Notes under the pieces: generated by a model
What the model was told of the DNA's origin: nothing
Database searches by the model: none
What the model saw: only the letters and a program-made list of their open reading frames with translations
Shown here: piece after piece, positions 21,348 through 31,180 of the stretch
How positions within the stretch are numbered: position 1 is the stretch's first letter
Layout: the number at the start of each line of letters is the position of its first letter
Assembly (NCBI GenBank): GCA_963792585.1
Contig: CAWBWI010000002.1
Location: 32,001 to 96,000, forward strand
Source: Candidatus Eiseniibacteriota bacterium
GTDB taxonomy: Bacteria > Eisenbacteria > RBG-16-71-46 > CAIMUX01 > VGJL01
DNA length: 64,000 nucleotides
Reading direction: 5' to 3'
Translations under genes and position numbers: made by a program

Positions 21348-23612
21348 ATGAAACTGCAATGGGTCCTGGTCCTGCTTCTGCTTTTCGCGACAGGCTGCCT
21401 TCTGATACCGAGCGACACGGAGAAGGGGACTCGCGTCGAGAACGAGCGCCCACTGGTGAGTATCACGGCCGGCGCGGCGACCTCGGATTCTTCCGGGATC
21501 GACTACAAGGTGACGTTCCAATGGAGGGGCTCCGACGATGACGGCGTCGTGACCCGGTTCCAGTACGCAATGGACGACACCACGACCGAATCCGCCTGGC
21601 ACGACACAACGGGATTCGGAACCCTATTGAAATTCGGCGCCTCCCACAATTCCGATGGCGCCTCCTCGGGGATCTTCCGTGACTGGCATACCTTCTACCT
21701 GCGGGCGGTCGACAACGAGTACTCCGTCAGCAGGGTCGACAAGCGCTTCTTCAATGCGAGGACGATTGCCCCTACGAGCGAGATCACGTTTCCAAAGATC
21801 GCCGCCGGTTCCATTCCGAGCCTCGTCAAGACATTCGTGGTCGAGTGGAAGGGTGAAGACCTCGACAGCTCGAATCCGGAAAAGGTTCCCGCGTACTTCG
21901 AGTACAAGCTGATCCGCCTGCGGCGCGCTTTCGAAGCCGATGCCGATGTCGTGGATTCGCTCCTCACCAAGAACAACCGATTCCTCGACACGCTAAGCGC
22001 CGGGGACAAGACGCGCTGGATTCGCGTATCCAGCAAGATCCGCCAGAGAGTTCTCCAGGACCTACCCGATACCCAAGGAGAGGTGTTCGTGTTCGCCATC
22101 CGGGCCGTCGACGAGGCGGGCGCGGTCGAACCGAATCTGGACAACGGGCGCAACTGGATCAAGTTCACCGTTCAGGATCGGACCAGCCGTCCGAAGGTGA
22201 TCGTATCGGAACGGTCTCTCGGTGCGCACGAGTTCCCCGCGGATGGACTCATCTGGGGTTCGCCGACGCCGCTCGATGTCCCGAGCAATACGCCGATCCG
22301 GTTTCAGTGGATTGGAGATGCGGCCTACTACGGGAGCAAGCCCGGGAACGTCAACTACGGACTGGATGTTCCCGACCCCGAGGACGATCGGTACCGGGAT
22401 CCCAATGGAATCGGCGGCTGGATCGGATGGGGCAAGTGGACGGCCATGTCGAAACCCCTCATCTTCCCCGACACGGAAGACGGGCAGATCCACGTTCTCT
22501 ACATCCGGATGCGTGATGCCGGCGACCAGCGCTCTTCCGAGCAGTTGTGCACGATCATCATGCGTGTCGTCGCATTTCGCTTTGCGCGGACCGCGCTGCT
22601 CGTCGACGACGCGGTCATCACATACGGGCTGACGGGGCAAGTGCAGGATGGGATCCACGACGCCTTCATCGATCGATTCATCGGCCGGATCTACAACTAC
22701 GCCGCCGAGGGTCTCGACAAGCGGAGCCTCTACGGCAGGTCCTACAATGGAGTCTACCCCGAAGGGTTGAACCCGACGGAAACGACGATGGTGCCGCTGA
22801 GCGTGCTGGCGCAGTACCAAGCCGTCTTGTGGAATTTCAATTTCGTCGGCGGACGGACCTCCGGACTCTGGTACCACGAGCATGAGACTCCCCCAGGGAG
22901 CGTGCGAAGGGATCGGAGGCTGCTCTCGAGCTATGTGAGCGCCGGGGGAAAGCTCTTCCTGTTCGGCGGTAGGCCGCTCGCTTCGATTACGAGTCGCTTC
23001 ACAGGAATCCCTGGACGCGACTACCCGATCCTCCCGCCCCAGGTGGGGTCCACCGCGGAGTTCTCGGAGAGCAATTTCCTCTGGAGATTCCTCCACGTTC
23101 GAAACCAAGTGGTCGGGATCACCACGTTCAACTGCAACGAAGCGAACGGGCACCAGCCATGGCGCGACGGATTGATCGCATGCCTATCCGCCAACCCGTA
23201 CTACCCGGATCTCTACATCGATCCGGCAAAGTGGAACACCGAGGCGGTCAGCGGCTGTGTAGATGCCCGGGCGTCCGGCGGGATCGACGACTTCGAGGCG
23301 GTCATGGAGGGATCCAATATCGAGGTTGGCTATGCGTCCCACCGGGCCGATGCCGGTCTCGACACCCTCTACTACGGCGTTCCCTATAACGGACCGGTCT
23401 CGCCACCCTCGCGCTGGGGGATCGGCACGAACGGCAATTACCAGATGGTAGTCGCGCAACGCTATGAATCGACCGCCGCGGACACGCTCCGCAGCAACGC
23501 GCAGGGTAGGATCGTCCTGTTCACTTTCCAGCCCTATCTGTTTCAGGAGGGGCCGGTTTGGGATGCGGGCACGTCCGCGATCAACTGGCTGATGACGGGA
23601 CGAGACAACTAG
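21348..23612 (+). CDS. Lipoprotein paralogous to the upstream gene, with an extra C-terminal alpha/beta domain
   Basis: MKLQWVLVLLLLFATGC lipobox; WRGSDDDG, HTFYLRAVDNE, RAVDEAG. Confidence 0.8.
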   Translation: MKLQWVLVLLLLFATGCLLIPSDTEKGTRVENERPLVSITAGAATSDSSGIDYKVTFQWRGSDDDGVVTRFQYAMDDTTTESAWHDTTGFGTLLKFGASHNSDGASSGIFRDWHTFYLRAVDNEYSVSRVDKRFFNARTIAPTSEITFPKIAAGSIPSLVKTFVVEWKGEDLDSSNPEKVPAYFEYKLIRLRRAFEADADVVDSLLTKNNRFLDTLSAGDKTRWIRVSSKIRQRVLQDLPDTQGEVFVFAIRAVDEAGAVEPNLDNGRNWIKFTVQDRTSRPKVIVSERSLGAHEFPADGLIWGSPTPLDVPSNTPIRFQWIGDAAYYGSKPGNVNYGLDVPDPEDDRYRDPNGIGGWIGWGKWTAMSKPLIFPDTEDGQIHVLYIRMRDAGDQRSSEQLCTIIMRVVAFRFARTALLVDDAVITYGLTGQVQDGIHDAFIDRFIGRIYNYAAEGLDKRSLYGRSYNGVYPEGLNPTETTMVPLSVLAQYQAVLWNFNFVGGRTSGLWYHEHETPPGSVRRDRRLLSSYVSAGGKLFLFGGRPLASITSRFTGIPGRDYPILPPQVGSTAEFSESNFLWRFLHVRNQVVGITTFNCNEANGHQPWRDGLIACLSANPYYPDLYIDPAKWNTEAVSGCVDARASGGIDDFEAVMEGSNIEVGYASHRADAGLDTLYYGVPYNGPVSPPSRWGIGTNGNYQMVVAQRYESTAADTLRSNAQGRIVLFTFQPYLFQEGPVWDAGTSAINWLMTGRDN

Positions 23613-23647
23613 CCCCCCGTGTCGGTGCGAAACAGGAGGTGGAAGGG

Positions 23648-25420
23648 ATGAGGGTTCTGGGACGTGGGGCGCTGGCGTGCCTGCTCTTGCTCGGGCTTGC
23701 ATTCGCCGAGGCCCGCGCAGCCGGCGTGCGCTTCTCCGGTCCCCCCACAATCGGGGACCGCAAGATCTCCTGGCGATGGGAGCCCTTGCAGGACAAGGAC
23801 CCCTTCTTCCAGGGCAACACCGTGCTGAACCTCATCGGGACGGTCGCAAGCCCTGTGCCGCCGCCGGTGCGGATTCTCAAGGCGAACACCGACGGCAGTC
23901 GGCTGTACGGTGTCGGCGCCGACAACCGCATCTACATCTGGAAGAGTGGGACCTCCGTTGCCGAGAAGGTTCTGGACGCCCCTCCCGACAGTCTTCTCGA
24001 CTTCGACGTGCACCAGTCGGGCAACCTGATCATCGGCGGCCTCAGAGACGGGCGGATCGCCTACTGGGACATTCCCACAGGCAATGCTCCCGCGCTCTTC
24101 AATGGACAGGATCACGCCTGCCGTTTCATCCGTTTCCTCGTGAGGACTCCGGACATCACGGAAAGAAGATACGTGACGGCGGGCGACGAGGACACCGTGC
24201 GGACCTGGGAGTTCCCGGGCGGGCTGTGGAGAAAGATCGCAAACGCCAGAAACACGGTCTCAGCGCTCGAGGTCACGGACAACGGGGCGTTCCTCGTTCT
24301 TGGAGATCATCGCGGCGCCATCCGGATCTTTCAGCCGCTCATCGCCGGGCCGATTGTCGACAGCAAGACGGAGCATCAAGGCGCCGTCAAGGGCATGATC
24401 TTCGCAGATGACCGACGCACCCTGATCACCATCGATACCCTCGGGAAGGTCAACGTCTGGTCCACGGTGCATTGGACGGTCAACTTCAGCCTTCAGCTCG
24501 ACCGTCACGAAGATGCCCACTTGGGGCTCCGGGATCCGGATGGTGCGTTGGCCTACACACTGGATCGTACCGGTTTCTACCAGGTCTTCGATGGACGGGA
24601 CGGACGCCGCTACCGTGCGGCGAACATGATCGACTCCGGCGAGATCGGGGCGACCGTCTTCGCCGATGGAGGCAGACAGGTCTACTTCGCGCTTTCCGAC
24701 GGCTCCATTCGGAACTACCAGACCGGCTTCTGCCAACCATCCGAGCAGCAGCCCACGTGCTTCGGGGGATACATGCTGTGGCGATCCCCCACTTCCCGCG
24801 CGGAAGATGCCACCATGCTTCGGGTCTACGGGTTTGGAGACTCCACATGGGCGTTCGTGGGCGGGGAGCGCAGCTTCGTCGATCCGGACTCGCTGATCCC
24901 TCGCTCCTCGCACTCGGAGGAGCCACCCGCGGGTCCCCACAACGGGCTTCCCTTCTACTACAGCCTGACGCCCTTCGAGCGACGGTTCCTGAACGGCGGT
25001 GTCTTCGACGTTCTGCTCAGTACGATCGATGAGGGGTTCTACCGAGAGGACAGCTTGGGTGCGCCGACCCCGGTCACCGCACACGCCGCCGCCCGGGAAG
25101 ACAGGCCGTACCTTTCGTCGGTCATCGTCGTCCCGAATCCCTACGAGGCCGGAAAGGTCCCCTGGGATCAAGAGGCGGGAGAGCACATCGAGTTCCGGAA
25201 TCTCCCATCGCAGGCGACCATCAAGATCTTCACGATGGCGGGAGAACAGGTCCGCACGATCGAGCACGGCGCCGGCGGCTTCGGAGAGTCGACGGACGCG
25301 CGGCGGTGGGATCTTCGCAACGACAGGGGCGAACGGGTCACCAGCGGTGTCTACATCTACCACATCACGACCAAGCTCAACGACGAGTCGACGACAGGCT
25401 ACCTCTGCTTGGTGCGTTGA
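23648..25420 (+). CDS. Secreted WD40 beta-propeller protein with T9SS/FlgD-like C-terminal domain
   Basis: Signal peptide; DNRIYIW, DGRIAYWD, EDTVRTWE repeats; VVPNPY...FRNLP...WDLRN...SGVYIY. Confidence 0.8.
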   Translation: MRVLGRGALACLLLLGLAFAEARAAGVRFSGPPTIGDRKISWRWEPLQDKDPFFQGNTVLNLIGTVASPVPPPVRILKANTDGSRLYGVGADNRIYIWKSGTSVAEKVLDAPPDSLLDFDVHQSGNLIIGGLRDGRIAYWDIPTGNAPALFNGQDHACRFIRFLVRTPDITERRYVTAGDEDTVRTWEFPGGLWRKIANARNTVSALEVTDNGAFLVLGDHRGAIRIFQPLIAGPIVDSKTEHQGAVKGMIFADDRRTLITIDTLGKVNVWSTVHWTVNFSLQLDRHEDAHLGLRDPDGALAYTLDRTGFYQVFDGRDGRRYRAANMIDSGEIGATVFADGGRQVYFALSDGSIRNYQTGFCQPSEQQPTCFGGYMLWRSPTSRAEDATMLRVYGFGDSTWAFVGGERSFVDPDSLIPRSSHSEEPPAGPHNGLPFYYSLTPFERRFLNGGVFDVLLSTIDEGFYREDSLGAPTPVTAHAAAREDRPYLSSVIVVPNPYEAGKVPWDQEAGEHIEFRNLPSQATIKIFTMAGEQVRTIEHGAGGFGESTDARRWDLRNDRGERVTSGVYIYHITTKLNDESTTGYLCLVR

Positions 25421-27516
25421 TCGCGAAGCGACGATTGGTGGATAGGATCAGGGGCGGACCGGTCTGGGATCGGGCCGCCCTTGTCGCATCGCTCCTCGCG
25501 TGTCTCCTTCGGGCGGTCTACGCAATCGAGGCCCTTGCGCGGACGCCGGTGCTGCGCCAGCCCCTGGCGGACTCGATCACCTACCTGGCGTGGGCGAAGT
25601 CGATCGCCGGGGGAGCGCTCTCGCTGGGCGATCCGTTCTATCGCGCCCCGCTCTATCCATACCTGATCGCCCCCTTCCATGCCCTCTCGCGGCACCCCGA
25701 GGCTGGAATCGTCTTGGTCCAGGTCCTCGCAGGGTGCATCTCGCTCTTTCTCGTCTGGCGGACTGCCCGGAGTCTCTACGGCGGGCCGGCGGGCCTGGTC
25801 GCGGCGGTGGGGTACGGGTTCTTCGGCCCCCTGGCCGCCCACGAGACGAAGATCCTCCCGACCGCCCTCGCGATCTTGCTGGAGGTGATGACCCTCGCGC
25901 AGCTGTTGCGGGCGCGAAGTCCGCGAGGACACCTCGCGGCGGGTCTGCTCGCGGGCGCCTGGGCGCTGGCGCAGCCAAGCTCCCTTCTGGTCATCGTGGC
26001 GGTGGTCGCGCTTCATGCGGGGCGCGGTTCGCTTCGAGGCGCGGCGCTCCCCATCGCGCTCGGGGCCGCGATCGCGATCGCGCCCGCGACGCTTCACAAC
26101 CTGCGGGCCGGCGACTTCGTCCTGATCTCCTCGAACGGAGGAATGACCTTCTACCACGGCAACAACGAAACAAGCCGCCACGGGCTCCTCGAACCCAGCC
26201 CGCGGTCAGCGCAGGGGGGCAATGCCGTGAATCAGGCGCGACTCGACATCGAGGCGGCGTCGGCGGAAGCGGGCCGGCGCCTCACCGCGTCGGAGAGCTC
26301 TCGCTATTGGTTCGGGCAGGGCGTTCGCGCGCTGGCCGCTGATCCGATCCGCTGGCTTCGGCTCTGGGGGTGGAAGATTGTGCGAACGTGCGGCGCGCAC
26401 GACTACGCCGACAACTACTCGCACGGGGTCGAATTGGGTGAGGTCCGCGCCCTGCGGTTCTTTTGGGTGGGTTTCCCGCTGCTCCTCATCGCCGCGGTCG
26501 GAGGGCTGGTGCTCAAGGGGCCGAGAGGACGTCCGGAGGGGTTCCTGATCCTCTTCGCGGCGCTCGGGATCGTCACATGCATCGTCTTCTTCGTCGGATC
26601 ACGATACCGGTGCGAGTCGGTTCCGGCGTTGGCCATTCTGGCAGGCAGGGCGGTCTCCGCGGGGCGCGGAAGTTCTTGTCGTCGACGCTGGACCGCGGCA
26701 TTCGTGGGCGCCGGCCTCGTGGCGGTGGCCTCCATACCGCCGGGCGGCGCCGCCATGGTCCAGGATTCCCTGGCGGGGGCCCAGTGGGCGGCCGCACTCG
26801 AACGGGATGGACGGGTCGGCGACGCGGCGCGCGTCTACGCCTGGGCGGTAGAGCGCGATCCGACCCTCGCCGTTGCCCTGGCGCGCTGGGCGGCGCTGGA
26901 GGGGGGTGCGAGGGGACCCGATGCCGCGCTCGCCGTCCTGGATCGCGGGATCGCGGGGGGCGCGGACGGTGTCCTGCTTCGGCGCGAGCGGGGGACCACG
27001 AGGATCGCCGCCGGAGATCTCATGGGAGCCGAGGTGGATTTGCGTGCTGCGTTGAGCGCCGATCCGCGTGATGCGGATGTGGCCCTCAATCTCGCGGCCT
27101 GCCTCGTGCGGCGGGGAGCGAACGAGGACGCTGGCCGGCTCCTGGCGATGCCGGAGCTTGCGGCGGACCCGATCGGCCTCTACTACCGAGGGCTTCTCGA
27201 TCTGCGGGCCGCGCGGTGGGCGGTGGCGGCGGCGCGCTTCGACTCCTCCCGAGCCGCGGGGGCCGTCGATCCCCGTCCCATCGTGTTGCGGGCGTTTGCC
27301 CTCGTGCGCGGGGGACGTGAGGAGGAGGGACGCGCGACGCTGCTTGCCTGGTTGTCAGGGGCCGGCGTGGCCGATGTCGAGGATCTCGCGGACCGAATTC
27401 TCGGCCGCCTGAGAGTGGAAGGCCGGAGACCCACCTCCGTATCCGCTTCGGAGGAAGGTGTTTGGAAGTCCGTCGAAGCCGCGCTCGCCGCCATCACCCC
27501 TGCGGGCTCGCCTTGA
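25417..27516 (+). CDS. GT-C (PMT/ArnT, GT39-like) membrane glycosyltransferase with TPR tail
   Basis: DSITY..WA, FYRAPLYPY, SSNGGMTFYHGNN, SRYR; many TM helices; start uncertain. Confidence 0.75.
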   Translation: MIAKRRLVDRIRGGPVWDRAALVASLLACLLRAVYAIEALARTPVLRQPLADSITYLAWAKSIAGGALSLGDPFYRAPLYPYLIAPFHALSRHPEAGIVLVQVLAGCISLFLVWRTARSLYGGPAGLVAAVGYGFFGPLAAHETKILPTALAILLEVMTLAQLLRARSPRGHLAAGLLAGAWALAQPSSLLVIVAVVALHAGRGSLRGAALPIALGAAIAIAPATLHNLRAGDFVLISSNGGMTFYHGNNETSRHGLLEPSPRSAQGGNAVNQARLDIEAASAEAGRRLTASESSRYWFGQGVRALAADPIRWLRLWGWKIVRTCGAHDYADNYSHGVELGEVRALRFFWVGFPLLLIAAVGGLVLKGPRGRPEGFLILFAALGIVTCIVFFVGSRYRCESVPALAILAGRAVSAGRGSSCRRRWTAAFVGAGLVAVASIPPGGAAMVQDSLAGAQWAAALERDGRVGDAARVYAWAVERDPTLAVALARWAALEGGARGPDAALAVLDRGIAGGADGVLLRRERGTTRIAAGDLMGAEVDLRAALSADPRDADVALNLAACLVRRGANEDAGRLLAMPELAADPIGLYYRGLLDLRAARWAVAAARFDSSRAAGAVDPRPIVLRAFALVRGGREEEGRATLLAWLSGAGVADVEDLADRILGRLRVEGRRPTSVSASEEGVWKSVEAALAAITPAGSP

Positions 27517-27542
27517 CCCTTCCCCGTCGAGGTTCATACAAT
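27513..27542 (+). promoter_or_regulatory. Putative promoter for ppdK
   Basis: TTGACC-18 nt-TACAAT. Confidence 0.55.
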
Positions 27543-27601
27543 GGCGCGGGAACACGTTTTCGATCACAGCACATATTCCGGGTGGGGAGAGGGAGGCGAG
27601 G

Positions 27602-30421
27602 ATGTCCTCGAAGTACGTCTATTTCTTTGGTGATGGCAAGGCTGAGGGTACGGGCGAGATGCGGGATGTCCTCGGGGGCAAGGGGGCAGGACTCGCGGAA
27701 ATGACGAACGCGGGTCTGCCGGTCCCGCCGGGCTTCACGATCGTGACCGGCTCGTGCGTTCTCTACCTCGAGTCGGGTGGCCGGCTGCCCGACGAGGTCC
27801 TGCGGGAGCAGGAAGACGCCCTGCAGAAGCTGGAGAGAACTCCTGGGCCGCAAGCTCGGCGATCCCGCCGATCCGCTCCTCGTGTCGGTTCGCTCGGGCG
27901 CGAAGTTCTCGATGCCGGGCATGATGGACACGATCCTGAATCTCGGCCTGAACGATCGTTCGGTCGAAGGGCTGGCGTCGAAGACCGGTAATCCGCGGTT
28001 CGCCCGCGATTCATATCGCCGCTTCCTGCAGATGTTCGGAAACGTCGTCCTTGGAATCGACAAGGACCGACTTCGAGCACAGCCTCTCCGCAGTCAAGGC
28101 TGCGAAGGGCGCGAAACTCGACATCGACCTCACGGCCGAGGACCTTCTCGAAGGAGTCGTCGCGGCCTTCAAGAAGGTGATCCGGGATGCCACGGGCGCA
28201 GGACTTCCCGCAGGACGCCCGGGAGCAGCTCGACATGGCGCGCGACGCGGTCTTCCGTTCCTGGAACAACGACCGCGCGATCTACTACCGCAAGCAGCGG
28301 AGCATCCCCGACGACCTCGGCACGGCCGTCAACGTCCAGGCGATGGTCTTCGGCAACAAGGGGGCCAACTCGGCGACGGGCGTCGGCTTCACGCGCAATC
28401 CGTCCACCGGAACGCGAAGGAGTTCTACGGCGAGTACCTCATGAACGCGCAGGGCGAGGACGTCGTCGCGGGCATCCGCACGCCGGAGCCGATCGTTCAC
28501 CTCGAGGACGGAGCTGCCGAAGGTCTACGAGGAACTCCGCATCCATCACCGACCGGCTCGAGCGCCACTACCGCGACGTGCAGGACTTCGAGTTCACCGT
28601 CGAGGAGGGGAAGCTCTACATGCTGCAGACGCGCCGCGGGCAGCGCACGGCGCAGGCCGCGGTCAAGATCGCCGTCGACATGGTGGCCGAGGGCCTGATC
28701 ACGAAGGACGAGGCTCTCATGCGGGTGGAGCCGGAGCAACTCGACCAGCTTCTCCACCCGCGCATCGACCCGACGGCGAAGATCAAGATTCTCGCGCAGG
28801 GGATTGGCGGCATCGCCGGGCGCGGCGGTCGGCAAGGTCGTCTTCAGTCCGGACGACGCAGTCGAATGGGCGGCGAACGGCGAGAAGGTGATTCTCGTCC
28901 GCAACGAGACGAGTCCCGACGACATCCACGGGATGGACGCGGCGCCAGGGAATCCTCACCGCGACCGGCGGGATGACGAGCCACGCGGCTGTCGTCGCCC
29001 GCGGCATGGGGAAATGCTGTGTGGCCGGCTGTTCCGCGATTCGCGTCTCACGAGACCGACAGGCTACTTCGAGGTCGACGGGCAGGAAGATTTCGCAAGG
29101 GAGAGATGATCAGCCTGAACGGCTCGCGGGGCGAAGTCCTCGAAGGCGCGGTGCCGACTCTGGAACCGGAGGTCGCCGACGAGTTCCGCACCTTCATGGA
29201 TTGGGCCGACGAGACGCGCACGTTACGCGTCCGCGCGAACGCCGACATCCCCCGCGACGCGATCCAGGCGCGGAAGTTCGGCGCGCAGGGGATCGGTCTT
29301 TGCCGCACCGAGCACATGTTCTTCGCCGAGGATCGCATCCCCTGGGTCCAGCAGATGATTCTCTTCGCGCCGATCGCCAAGCGTTTGCGCGCTCGAGCTC
29401 ACCCGTCTCGAGGAGGAGCTGGCCGGCGGGGAGCGGGGCAAGCAGGCGGATCTGAAGGCGAAGATCGAGGCGAAGCAGGCGGAGTCTGGCCGAGCCGCTC
29501 GCGAAGCTGGACGAAGCGATGGCGCAAGATCCTGCCGTTCCAGCGGGATGACTTCTACGGTCTGCTGAAGGCGATGGCCGGTCTCCCGGTCACGATCCGC
29601 ACGCTCGATCCGCCGCTGCACGAGTTCCTGCCGAAGCGCGAGGAGCTGATGGTCGAGATCGCGCGGATGGAGGAGCGCAAGCAGGGCGGGGCGGAGTTGG
29701 AGACGAAGAGGATCCTCCTGAAGCGGGTCGAGGAACTGCACGAGTTCAACCCGATGCTCGGGCACCGGGGATGCCGGCTGGGGATCAGCTACCCTGAGAT
29801 CACCGCGATGCAGGCGCGCGCGATCATGGAGGCGGCCTGCCGTCTGAAGAAGGAGGGGATCGAGGTCTTCCCGGAGATCATGATCCCGCTCGTGGGCCAT
29901 GTGAACGAGTTCAAGACACCAGGCGGCCGTGGCGCGCAAGATCGCCGAGGAGGTGCAGGCGTCGACGGGGGTGAAGGTCCCCTATCTCGTGGGGACGATG
30001 ATCGAGGTGCCCGCGCGCGGCGTTGACGGCAGACGATGTCGCGGCGGAGGCCGAGTTCTTCTCCTTCGGAACGAACGATCTCACGCAGATGACCTTCGGA
30101 TTCTCGCGAGATGACGCGGGCAAGTTCCTCCGCGAGTACGTCGACCTCGGCATCCTGTCGCACGATCCGTTCGTGAGCCTCGACCAGAGCGGTGTCGGGC
30201 AGCTCGTCGCGATGGCGTGCAAGAAGGGGCGGAGCGCGCGTCAGCACCTCCAGGTCGGCATTTGCGGCGAGCACGGCGGTGATCCCGCCTCGATCGACTT
30301 CTGTCACCGGACGGGGCTGGACTATGTGAGCTGTTCGCCCTTCCGGGTGCCGATCGCGCGCCTGGCCGCCGCTCAGGCGACCCTGAGCGCGCAGGGTGCG
30401 GCGCAAGTGCGGACGGCCTGA
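27602..30421 (+). CDS. ppdK: Pyruvate phosphate dikinase, broken by about ten frameshifts (probably sequence errors)
   Basis: [74 protein letters not shown] appear in order across frames. Confidence 0.95.
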
Positions 30422-31173
30422 TCGTCGACGCCACGACAGCCGCGCGGCTGCGCGCGGCGCGACGATGGTTCGTCCTGACCGGCGCGGGGATCTCCGCCGA
30501 GAGCGGGATCCCCACGTTTCGAGGCGCCGGGGGTCTCTGGGAAGGATTTCGGGCGGAGGACCTCGCGTCCCCGCAAGGATTCCGGGCGGATCCGGAGCGG
30601 GTGTGGCGATGGTATCGCTGGAGACGGGGGATCGTTGCCTCCGCCTCTCCCAACGCCGGGCACCGCTCCCTGGCCATCCTCGATGGATCGGTCGGAGCCT
30701 TCACCCTGGCGACGCAGAATGTCGATGACCTGCACGAGCGCGGGGGCAGCCGCAGCGTCCTGCACCTGCACGGCACGATCATGGCCTCTCGCTGCATCGC
30801 GGACTGCGGCCGGGACACGGAGGAGGACAGAACCGTCTCCGTGCCCCTGTGCGTCTGCGGAGGGCTCCTGAGGCCGAATGTCGTCTGGTTCGGGGAGATG
30901 TTGCCGGTCGCACCGCTCGAAGCCGCCGTGGAGGCTGCGGGAGGGGCGGATGTCTGTCTGGTCATAGGGACCTCCGGGCTCGTCCACCCGGCCGCGGGAC
31001 TGCCCTCCGTGGCGCGACGGGCCGGCGCGGTCGTGATCGAGATCAATCCCGAGGAAACGCCGCTGTCCGCCGGATGCGACCTGGTCCTTCGCGGATCCGC
31101 TGCGGAAGTCCTGCCCCGGTTCATCGCCGAGTTGGGATTCTCAGCGGAACCGGCGTCGAGCGCGGGGGTGTGA
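30418..31173 (+). CDS. cobB: NAD-dependent protein deacylase (sirtuin)
   Basis: [18 protein letters not shown] lies in frame upstream of the called [31 protein letters not shown]; start probably non-canonical. Confidence 0.9.
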   Translation: MIVDATTAARLRAARRWFVLTGAGISAESGIPTFRGAGGLWEGFRAEDLASPQGFRADPERVWRWYRWRRGIVASASPNAGHRSLAILDGSVGAFTLATQNVDDLHERGGSRSVLHLHGTIMASRCIADCGRDTEEDRTVSVPLCVCGGLLRPNVVWFGEMLPVAPLEAAVEAAGGADVCLVIGTSGLVHPAAGLPSVARRAGAVVIEINPEETPLSAGCDLVLRGSAAEVLPRFIAELGFSAEPASSAGV

Positions 31174-31180
31174 GGCAGCC

